From an uncultured bacterium (GTDB lineage: Bacteria > Chloroflexota > UBA5177 > JANWHV01), in contig CAWHAE010000009.1 of the NCBI GenBank assembly GCA_963827235.1, positions 1,184,001 to 1,248,000 of the forward strand: a stretch of 64,000 nt of DNA. The letters run 5' to 3'. The position numbers and the translations under genes are program-made. This document shows, one piece after another, positions 1-7,596 of the stretch. Under the pieces are notes generated by a model. That model was given only the letters and a program-made list of their open reading frames with translations. It was not told the origin of the DNA and did no database searches. Within the stretch, counting starts at the first letter, position 1. Each line of letters begins with the position of its first letter.

Positions 1-114
1 GCCGCACCCGGGATTGCTTCCCGATGCATGAAGCTGAGCGCCGTCCAGCGGCCGGTTGTTGCGAGGGTTCTCATAGTAGTCGAGCAAGGTCTCGACGTAG
101 TCTTCGCGATTCAC
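1..114 (-). CDS. sufU: SufU/IscU-type Fe-S scaffold or sulfur-transfer protein, N-terminal 38 codons (runs off left edge; absent from ORF track)
   Basis: Reverse strand from GTG at 114 reads VNREDYVETLLDYYENPRNNRPLDGAQLHASGSNPGCG, matching the IscU/SufU signatures LD[HY]YxNPRN and GxNPxCG. Confidence 0.8.
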   Translation of the reverse strand, partial: MNREDYVETLLDYYENPRNNRPLDGAQLHASGSNPGCG

Positions 115-253
115 GATGCTTTCACTCTAGCATGTCGAGAGCAACGAGGCATACCCTCGCTATGCCGTAGCAACGGCCGTGTGATACGGTGAAGAGCGTG
201 TCTTCACCGCGTATGTTCTCCGGTATGGCACCGGAGCAGGTTGGGAGTCGTGC

Positions 254-1192
254 ATGGGGCAAGAGATCACGCGGCAGCAGACGTGGCCGAGGACTGGATC
301 GCCGCTGACGCGCCATCGGGCCGTGCTTCCCAGAGTCGGTGCCCTCGGCCTGCTGATGCTCATTCTGGCCTGGGTGGTTTCCTGGAATCAGCTCCAGCCA
401 TTCGCCCAGTTCTATTTCTTTCCCATATGGCTGGGCTACATCCTGTTCGTAGACGCAATCGTGCTGGCTCGGCGTGGCGTGTCGCTCCTGCAGCAGAGCA
501 CCAGACAATTCGTGGCCCTGTTCGTCATCTCGGCTTTCTGCTGGTGGGCCTTCGAGGCGCTCAATCTGCCGGTGCAGAACTGGCTCTACCATGGCGTCAG
601 CCAGTACAGCTCGCTGGAGTTTGCTCTCTTCGCCACGCTGCCGTTCAGCACCGTCCTGCCCGCCGTGCTGGAGACCACGACGCTCGTCGGCTCGTTCGTC
701 TCACCATCTCGCTACAGGGTGCTGGCCGGTGAGCAGCCGTCCAAACGCTTTGCCGGGTCGCTGATCCTGCTCGGCGTGGCCGCGTTCCTGGCGCCCTGGT
801 TCTGGCCCGGGACCATGTATCCGCTGATCTGGAGCTCTATGATACTCGTCCTGGAGCCGATCAACTGGCTCGCCGGCCGGCCATCGATCTTCAGGCTGAT
901 GCGGGCAGGTAGGATCGCCATGCTCTGCTCGCTCTTCGCGGGCGGTATCACCTGCGGGTTCTTCTGGGAGATGTGGAACTACCACTCATACCCCAAATGG
1001 TCCTACGTGCTGCCGGGCGTCACAGCGCCAAAGCTCTTCGAAATGCCCCTGCCAGGCTACCTCGGCTACCTGCCGTTCTCCCTGGAGCTCTACGCCGTGT
1101 ATAACATCGTTTTGCTGCTTGCTCATGCCACCAGCAGCTTCGAGCGCGTCATGCAACTGCCGCGACGGTCGACGCCGGCGACCAGCGAATGA
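254..1192 (+). CDS. Conserved polytopic membrane protein of unknown function
   Basis: 312 aa, many hydrophobic segments; two similar motifs WWAFEALN..NWLY and FFWEMWN..KWSY..FEMPLPGYLGY. Confidence 0.75.
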   Translation: MGQEITRQQTWPRTGSPLTRHRAVLPRVGALGLLMLILAWVVSWNQLQPFAQFYFFPIWLGYILFVDAIVLARRGVSLLQQSTRQFVALFVISAFCWWAFEALNLPVQNWLYHGVSQYSSLEFALFATLPFSTVLPAVLETTTLVGSFVSPSRYRVLAGEQPSKRFAGSLILLGVAAFLAPWFWPGTMYPLIWSSMILVLEPINWLAGRPSIFRLMRAGRIAMLCSLFAGGITCGFFWEMWNYHSYPKWSYVLPGVTAPKLFEMPLPGYLGYLPFSLELYAVYNIVLLLAHATSSFERVMQLPRRSTPATSE

Positions 1193-1237
1193 CGCGGGAT
1201 TGCCGTCGGCGGAGGCGCCGCCTGTGCATAAGCCTAT

Positions 1238-1267
1238 TTCACACCTCTTGACACCTGATGTTACAAT
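1238..1267 (+). promoter_or_regulatory. Extended -10 promoter (TGtTACAAT) preceded by direct repeats TTCACACCT/TTGACACCT
   Basis: Repeats at 1238 and 1248 (10-bp phase), TACAAT at 1262-1267, upstream of maf. Confidence 0.45.
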
Positions 1268-1359
1268 GGCGACACATGGAAGGACACGCGGCCCGGTGGG
1301 CCAAGACACACCGCGGTAATCTTTCCACTCGCCGCGGGTGGTCTGCCGGGCCTGGGTAA

Positions 1360-2001
1360 GTGACTTTCGTGGCTTCCTCCTCGACTCCTGTCATTCTGGG
1401 ATCCAGTTCGCCGCGCCGCCATCAGTTGCTGCGTTACCTGGGCATTCCGTTCTCCATCGATCCCAGCACGCTGGACGAAACGCATCCTCCACACGCCTCG
1501 CCTCCGCAGGTGGCGCTGTTCCTGGCGGAGCAGAAGGCGATAGACGTGGCGCGCAGGCACCGCGATGCGGTGGTGATCGGCGCCGATACTCTGGTCGATC
1601 TGAACGGGCGTATCCTGAATAAGCCCGTCGACGCCGCGGATGCCGAGACGATGCTACGTATGCTGGCCGGGAACACCCACCGCGTGCACACGGGCATTGC
1701 CGTCTGGCGCGCGGGACGCGTGCTGAGCCGCGTGGTGACGGCGTCGGTGACCATGCACCCTGCCACGGATGAGGCTATCCGCACCTATGTGGCCGGCGGC
1801 GAGCCCATGGACAAGGCGGGCGCCTATGCTGCCCAAGGCGAAGGTGCCGCGCTGATCGCCCGCGTCGACGGCTCGTATCTGGCCGTGGTCGGCCTGCCGC
1901 TGCTGGCTCTGCACGCAGCGCTGACCGAGGCCGGTGTCCCGGTCGCCGCCGATCTGTCCGGGCTGGAGCGCCTGGAGAGCGGTGACTTCAGCGCGGCGTA
2001 A
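1360..2001 (+). CDS. maf: Maf family nucleoside triphosphate pyrophosphatase (YhdE-like)
   Basis: ILGSSSPRR, VIGADT, KP and DKAGAY motifs. Confidence 0.93.
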   Translation: MTFVASSSTPVILGSSSPRRHQLLRYLGIPFSIDPSTLDETHPPHASPPQVALFLAEQKAIDVARRHRDAVVIGADTLVDLNGRILNKPVDAADAETMLRMLAGNTHRVHTGIAVWRAGRVLSRVVTASVTMHPATDEAIRTYVAGGEPMDKAGAYAAQGEGAALIARVDGSYLAVVGLPLLALHAALTEAGVPVAADLSGLERLESGDFSAA

Positions 2002-2139
2002 CGCGGCACGCCCGTACTGAGCTATCCTTGGAGCGATGAGCCGCCCCGCCCGGACTCGGGCGCGGTCGAGCCGGCTACAGGCCGCCTCCGCGAGCCCCGC
2101 CGGCGGCAGTGAGGGGCGAGTTGAATAGGGAGAGGCAGC

Positions 2140-3534
2140 GTGGAATTCCAGCCGCGAACGATCATCGAGCCGTTTCGCATCAAGTCGGTCGAGCCCATCC
2201 ATTTCACGACTCCCGAGCACCGACGCGCGGCGTTGGAAGCCGCGGGCTACAACCTGTTTCTGCTCCGCGCCGACGATGTGACGATCGATCTGCTGACCGA
2301 CTCCGGCACAGGCGCCATGAGCTCCGCGCAGTGGGGCGGCATGCTGCAGGGCGACGAGAGCTATGCCGGCAGCAGATCGTTCTACAGGCTGCAAGCGGCC
2401 GTTCAGCGAATCACCGGGTTCAAGTACGTCATCCCTACCCACCAGGGCCGCGCCGCCGAGCGAATCCTCTTCGGCACGGTTTGCCGGCCGGGACAGGTCG
2501 TGCCCAGTAACTCGCACTTCGACACTACGCGCGCCAACATCGAAGCAGTGGGCGCCGAAGCGCACGACCTGGTGATCGCGGAAGGCCTGCAGCCTGCTCT
2601 GCTGCACCCCTTCAAGGGCAACATGGACCTGGATCGGTTGGCGGAAACGCTGCGCACGGTGGGGCGAGAGAATGTCCCCCTGTGCATGATCACGGTGACC
2701 AACAATGCCGGCGGCGGCCAGCCGGTGAGCATGGCCAACATCCGCGCCGTGAGCGAGCTCTGCCGCACACACGAGATCCCCTTCTTCATCGACGCCTGCC
2801 GGTTTGCCGAGAACGCCTGGTTCATCAAGCAGCGAGAGCCCGGGTACGCCGGCAAGTCGCCGGAGGAGATCGCGCGGGAGATGTTCAGCTATGCCGACGG
2901 CTGCACCATGAGCGCCAAGAAGGACGGCATGGCCAACATCGGCGGCTTCCTGGCCCTAAACGACGACGACTGGGCCCAGCGCGCCAAGAACCAGCTCATA
3001 CTCGGTGAGGGATTTCCCACGTACGGCGGGCTGGCCGGCTACGACATGGAGGCGATCGCCACCGGTCTCTTCGAGGCGCTCGAGGACGACTACCTGCGCT
3101 ATCGCGTGCGGTCGATCGAATATCTGGGGGAGAGGATGACTGCCAGCGGCATACCGATCGTGCTGCCCACGGGTGGTCACGCGGTATATATCGATGCCGC
3201 CGCCATGCTCTCACATATTCCGCCGCGCCAATACCCGGCCCAAGCGCTCTGCGTGGCCCTCTACCTGACAGCAGGTATCCGGAGCGTGGAGATCGGCAGC
3301 GTGATGTTCGGTAAGCCGGGAGCCGACGGCACCGAGGAGCCTGCCCGCGAGGAGCTGGTACGGCTGGCATTTCCCCGTCGCACCTACACGCAGAGCCACG
3401 TGGACTACCTGGCCGAGGCACTGGACTACGTGGCTACGCACAAAGACGGTCTCCGTGGCCTGCGCATCGTCTGGCAGGCGCCCGCGCTCAGGCACTTCAC
3501 GGCCCGGTTCGCGCCCGCCGACGACGCGGTGTAG
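2140..3534 (+). CDS. tnaA: Tryptophanase (PLP-dependent beta-eliminating lyase)
   Basis: EPFRIKSVE, IDLLTDSG, THQGR, HFDTT, MSAKKDG (PLP lysine; SAKKD and FDTT are tryptophanase-type rather than TPL SGKKD/FTTT), PRRTYTQSH; RBS GGGAGAGG before GTG. Confidence 0.85.
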   Translation: MEFQPRTIIEPFRIKSVEPIHFTTPEHRRAALEAAGYNLFLLRADDVTIDLLTDSGTGAMSSAQWGGMLQGDESYAGSRSFYRLQAAVQRITGFKYVIPTHQGRAAERILFGTVCRPGQVVPSNSHFDTTRANIEAVGAEAHDLVIAEGLQPALLHPFKGNMDLDRLAETLRTVGRENVPLCMITVTNNAGGGQPVSMANIRAVSELCRTHEIPFFIDACRFAENAWFIKQREPGYAGKSPEEIAREMFSYADGCTMSAKKDGMANIGGFLALNDDDWAQRAKNQLILGEGFPTYGGLAGYDMEAIATGLFEALEDDYLRYRVRSIEYLGERMTASGIPIVLPTGGHAVYIDAAAMLSHIPPRQYPAQALCVALYLTAGIRSVEIGSVMFGKPGADGTEEPAREELVRLAFPRRTYTQSHVDYLAEALDYVATHKDGLRGLRIVWQAPALRHFTARFAPADDAV

Positions 3535-3742
3535 CGCGCCGCCCGGGCCGGCGAGAAGGATCACGTGTGCCGGTCGCTACGACAGCGGGGCTCCGAGTCG
3601 CCGGCATTCCCGCAAGCCGGACGGCCGCGGCGCTGGAACTGCATGGCCCGCCACAGTATCATGGGCTGAAGCGGCCCGAGACGCTGCCGAACGGGAGCGC
3701 GAGTCGGGGAACAGGTATCGAGGCTTCAGGAAGCGCGGAACT

Positions 3743-3952
3743 GTGACGGCTCTAGATCGCAAGTTCGTCGAAGAATTCGAGTGCCTCATGTGCGAGGTCG
3801 AGCAGGTCATACAGGAATTCCCACCTGAGCTGCGCCCGGCCTTGCGCGACGAGGCCCGGGTTGCCTTCCGCCTGGAGCTGCAGAGACGCTGGGAGGAACT
3901 GCAGGCGCGCCTCGAGGGTGTGCGCGGCGATTCCGCCGGACAGACCGGCTGA
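3743..3952 (+). CDS. Small helical hypothetical protein (69 aa)
   Basis: GTG start after AGGAAG; charged amphipathic sequence TALDRKFVEEFECLMCEVEQVIQEFPPELRPALRDEAR. Confidence 0.5.
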   Translation: MTALDRKFVEEFECLMCEVEQVIQEFPPELRPALRDEARVAFRLELQRRWEELQARLEGVRGDSAGQTG

Positions 3953-3985
3953 GCCGGCGGCTGCCCGTGGGTTTGCCTGGCGCGA

Positions 3986-4918
3986 CTAGGCTCGCGCGGC
4001 GGCCCGTGCCAGCAGCGCCTCTACCCTCTCCGCGCTGAGTGCCCCGGTGCCGCCGACGTGCGCAGCCGTGAGCGCTCCGCAGGCGTTGCCGCGCAAGACG
4101 CAGGCCGCCAGCGTGCTACCCGCGATCCATCCGCTCAGGAAGCCGGCGTCGAACGCATCGCCGGCACCAAGAGTGTCGCGCGCCTGTACGGAGATGCCCG
4201 GCACGTGCACGAGCTCGCTGCCGCGCGCAGCCCAGGCGCCCTCCGCGCCGCACTTAACGGCGACCACCGGCACGCGCTGGGCGAGCCGGGATAGGGCATC
4301 GCGCACGTCCGTTGCGCCGCTGATCGCCAGGGCCTCCACGTGATTCGGCAGGAAGATGTCAGCGTGGTCGAGCAGTCCGTCGATTTCCCACTTCTCGGCA
4401 GGGTCGTGGCCCGTGTCCACCGAGGTGGTGAGTCCCAGCTCGTGCGCCTCGCTCAGGAGGGCCGGCACATCCGGCTGCAGCCCTTCTTGCAGAAAGTAGG
4501 AGGACAGATGAAGGTGACGGGAACGTGCCAGGACGTCGGATCGAACATGTGCCAGGCAGAAGCGGGCCATGGCGCCGGGATAGGTAAGGATGGCCCGGTC
4601 GTGCCGGCCCGATAGCGCAACGCTGGCGCCGGTTCTCACTGTGGTGTCGACGACGATGCCGCTGTGGTCGATGTGGCGGTTCTGAAAGTGCTCGAGCATG
4701 TAGTGGCCAAAGGGATCGTCGCCTACCAGCCCACACACGCCGACGCGCATGCCGAGGTCGGCAAGTCCCGTGGCTACCAGGACCCCGCTGGAGCCGGCAG
4801 TGAGCACGACGTCGCTTACCGTGCGCTCGGCGCCGAAGCGGGGCGGTCCATCCACGCCGGCCACGACAATGTCGACGTTGACTTCGCAGACCACCACGAT
4901 GTCGAGATCCTTGTTCAT
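3986..4918 (-). CDS. PfkB/ribokinase family carbohydrate kinase
   Basis: C-terminal DTLGAGDAF motif, GLVGDDPFG, PNHVEA; GGAG RBS before ATG 4918. Confidence 0.93.
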   Translation of the reverse strand: MNKDLDIVVVCEVNVDIVVAGVDGPPRFGAERTVSDVVLTAGSSGVLVATGLADLGMRVGVCGLVGDDPFGHYMLEHFQNRHIDHSGIVVDTTVRTGASVALSGRHDRAILTYPGAMARFCLAHVRSDVLARSRHLHLSSYFLQEGLQPDVPALLSEAHELGLTTSVDTGHDPAEKWEIDGLLDHADIFLPNHVEALAISGATDVRDALSRLAQRVPVVAVKCGAEGAWAARGSELVHVPGISVQARDTLGAGDAFDAGFLSGWIAGSTLAACVLRGNACGALTAAHVGGTGALSAERVEALLARAAARA

Positions 4919-5221
4919 GTTCACTCCAGATACCAGGAGAGGCTCATGACGCCGCCACACCGCAGGCGAAAGCGAAACTTTGATACAGATCGTAACTATC
5001 TCCCGCTATAGTACGGCAGGGGGTGCCTGCGACACAACTACCCGGCGTGCAGCCCGCGGCCGTCCAGTTCTCTGAGCGGAAAGTCGCCGCCAAACCCGGA
5101 ATCGTGGGAAGTCTGAGGCCGTCGGCGCCTCGTGGAGGAGGGCAGCGCTGACCTCTTCCACGGGCCCACCACGCCCACCGGGCGCCGAATTGGAGCCGAT
5201 CCGGCTCCGCGCCGGCTTCTT

Positions 5222-5243
5222 GCCCCCACTTCTCCCCACTTTC
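5222..5243 (-). promoter_or_regulatory. Second, inverted MraZ-box-like pair (AAAGTGGGGAGAAGTGGGGG)
   Basis: Two GTGGGG units 10 bp apart on the minus strand; another CCCCCAC at 5284-5290. Confidence 0.45.
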
Positions 5244-5513
5244 GCGTAACCAGGCCGCGATCGAGGTTATGCTGAGCACGATTCCCCCACTTGCACGGCT
5301 CGGATCAGTCCCGGGGGAGAGTGGCGGCGGGCATAGCGGCCGCGCCGGAGGGATCCAAAGTTGCGTGGGGTTGCCGATGAGATCGGTATCGATGAAGAAG
5401 GAACGTTGTCCCGCCTTCTCGTGCTTTACAGCGCCAATTCCTCGTCATTTCCAGATGACCTCGCCGCGCAAAAGAAGGGGAACAAACACTGGTGTGGCCG
5501 GTACCCCGGAGCG

Positions 5514-5575
5514 TATACTGACCTCACTGTGGATAACAGTGGGGATAAGTGGGGCCAGATGGGGATAACCGGGGG
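5514..5575 (+). promoter_or_regulatory. dcw promoter: -10 TATACT, perfect DnaA box TGTGGATAA and MraZ operator (10-bp-phased GTGG boxes)
   Basis: TATACT 5514-5519; TGTGGATAA 5528-5536; GTGGA/GTGGGG/GTGGGG/ATGGGG/CGGGGG at about 5529, 5539, 5549, 5559, 5570, directly before mraZ. Confidence 0.8.
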
Positions 5576-5582
5576 CCGCTGA

Positions 5583-6023
5583 ATGATGTTCTTGGGTGAG
5601 TTCGCGCACAGTCTGGACAGCAAGGGGAGGCTGGCAATTCCTGCCAGGTTCCGCCTGCAGCTGGGCGAGGGCGCGATCGTCACACGAGGGCTCGACGGCT
5701 GCCTGGTGATCTACCCTGCCCAGGAGTGGCAGGACTATGCGGAGAAGCTGGACAAGCTGCCGTCCACCCAGCCGGATGTGCGGAACTTCAAGCGGTTCAT
5801 CTTTTCCGGTGCGACGGAGTGCGAGTTCGACCGGCAGGGGCGGGTGCTTATTCCGGCGTTCCTGCGGGAGTACGCGGCGCTGGACGAGACCGCCGTGGTC
5901 GTGGGCCAGTACAGCAAGGTTGAGATCTGGTCACAGTCGCGCTGGGATGCCGCGCGGCCCAAGGTGGAGGAGGACGGCGAGCATATTGCCGAACGGCTTT
6001 CCGGGCTTGGGCTTGATATCTAG
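5583..6023 (+). CDS. mraZ: Division/cell wall cluster transcriptional repressor MraZ
   Basis: MFLGEFAHSLDSKGRLAIPARFR and DRQGRVLIP (two DxxGR repeats). Confidence 0.97.
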   Translation: MMFLGEFAHSLDSKGRLAIPARFRLQLGEGAIVTRGLDGCLVIYPAQEWQDYAEKLDKLPSTQPDVRNFKRFIFSGATECEFDRQGRVLIPAFLREYAALDETAVVVGQYSKVEIWSQSRWDAARPKVEEDGEHIAERLSGLGLDI

Positions 6024-6152
6024 CGCGGCTCGGTGCCGGACGACATGACGGGTGTTCCGTATCGCGCTCCATCCGGTACGCAGGCAGGCGGTGGGACGCG
6101 ACGATGGCGTGCTGCGCGAGTGCGGCCCGCCGAGAACAATCGGGGAGGTGTG

Positions 6153-7082
6153 GTGGCCGGGGCAGAGCACGTGCCGGTGCTCTACGAGGAGACGATCGAG
6201 GGACTCGGCCCCCAGTCTGGCGAACTGTACGTCGATTGCACGGCCGGGAGCGGCGGGCATTCGGCGGGGATTTTGGAGGCAAGTGCGCCCGACGGTGAGC
6301 TGCTTGCCCTGGACGCCGACTCCGAGGCGGTGGAACGAACGCGGATTCGCTTGCAGCCGTACGGGAGGCGAGCGCGAGTCAAGCAGGGCAACTTTCGCGA
6401 CCTGGAGCAGATCGTCCGGCAGGCCGGATGGGAGCAGGTAGACGGGGTGTTGTTCGACCTCGGCGTAAGCAGCGTACAGCTCGGGGTGGCCGAGCGGGGT
6501 TTCAGCTTCCAGCTGGATGGTCCACTCGATATGCGCATGGACCCATCTCGTGGGCCGTCGGCAGCCGAGCTGGTCAACACACTTGCCGAGACCGATCTGG
6601 AGACCATCTTTCGGGACTATGGCGAAGAGCCTTTGGCAAGGCGGATCGCGACGGCGATCGTGCGAGAGCGCGCGACCGGGCGAATAGAGACGACAGCGCG
6701 CCTGGCGGATCTGGTAGCGCGAGCAAAGGGCCGCAGGGGCCGAATTCACCCGGCGACCACGGTGTTCCAGGCTTTGCGCATTGCGGTGAACGGTGAGCTT
6801 GATAGCGTGACTCTGGCGCTGCCGCAGGCAATGCGCCTGCTGCGGCCGGGCGGGCGAATGGCGGTGATCGCCTTCCACTCGCTGGAAGACAGGATTGTGA
6901 AGCGATATTTGCACCAGGAGGCCAAGGAGTGTCGATGTCCACCACAACAGCCTGTTTGCAGCTGCAATCGGCAGCCTCTGCTTCGACTGGTCAACCGGCA
7001 TGCGATCGTGGCTGGGGACGCCGAGGTGCTGGGCAATCCCCGTGCACGAAGCGCAAGGTTGCGCATTGCGGTTCGGCTCTGA
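6153..7082 (+). CDS. rsmH: 16S rRNA m4C1402 methyltransferase RsmH (MraW)
   Basis: HVPVL, DCTAGSGGHS, DLGVSS, RGFSF..DGPLDMRMD, FHSLEDRIVK, NPRARSARLR; start placed after GGAGG. Confidence 0.96.
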   Translation: MAGAEHVPVLYEETIEGLGPQSGELYVDCTAGSGGHSAGILEASAPDGELLALDADSEAVERTRIRLQPYGRRARVKQGNFRDLEQIVRQAGWEQVDGVLFDLGVSSVQLGVAERGFSFQLDGPLDMRMDPSRGPSAAELVNTLAETDLETIFRDYGEEPLARRIATAIVRERATGRIETTARLADLVARAKGRRGRIHPATTVFQALRIAVNGELDSVTLALPQAMRLLRPGGRMAVIAFHSLEDRIVKRYLHQEAKECRCPPQQPVCSCNRQPLLRLVNRHAIVAGDAEVLGNPRARSARLRIAVRL

Positions 7083-7122
7083 TACTCTGTGGTCGTATGT
7101 CGGATATGTGGGTAGGCGACCG

Positions 7123-7596
7123 ATGAACGCTCATCGCGCGTCGCATGACTCCAGCGGTCCGGGCTATGTGGGTGTCGCCGACCAGCGGCAAACCACCGGA
7201 TCGGTGATCCTTTTCATCGGCGCGGTTGTAATAGCCGGCCTGACGTGCGTCCTCTACCTCTGGCAACAGAGCCAGATTGTAGCCACGCAAGGCGATATTC
7301 GCTCGCTGGACGCCAAGATATCGACGCTAACCCTGCAGAAGAACGACCTTGCTTCGCAGAAGAGTCTGATGACCTCGGTCACTCACGTGCTTTCCGAGGC
7401 TACCAAGGATGGCATGGTGATGGGAGATTCGCGTCAGGTAAAGACGCTCAAGGTATCCGTGGCGGTGCCCAGCAACCTGGTGGCGCAGGATGTAGCGCCG
7501 GCCAGCAAGTCGTCCGTTGCCCTGCCCTCGACCAATGCGGCAATTACCTCCTGGTGGCAGGACGCTTGGGACGGGCTGTTTAGCCTGCTCCGATGA
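7123..7596 (+). CDS. ftsL: FtsL-like cell division protein
   Basis: Single TM segment then coiled coil; located between rsmH and the PBP gene, ATGA overlap with the latter. Confidence 0.65.
   Translation: MNAHRASHDSSGPGYVGVADQRQTTGSVILFIGAVVIAGLTCVLYLWQQSQIVATQGDIRSLDAKISTLTLQKNDLASQKSLMTSVTHVLSEATKDGMVMGDSRQVKTLKVSVAVPSNLVAQDVAPASKSSVALPSTNAAITSWWQDAWDGLFSLLR

Noticed and set aside
2002-2139. tnaC-like leader peptide before tnaA
   Set aside because: No short ORF with the Trp..Pro-stop arrangement
5070-5100. GAGCGGAAAGTCGCC resembling the RNase P RNA GAGGAAAGUCC signature
   Set aside because: Match is imperfect and I found no complementary 3' P4 motif downstream
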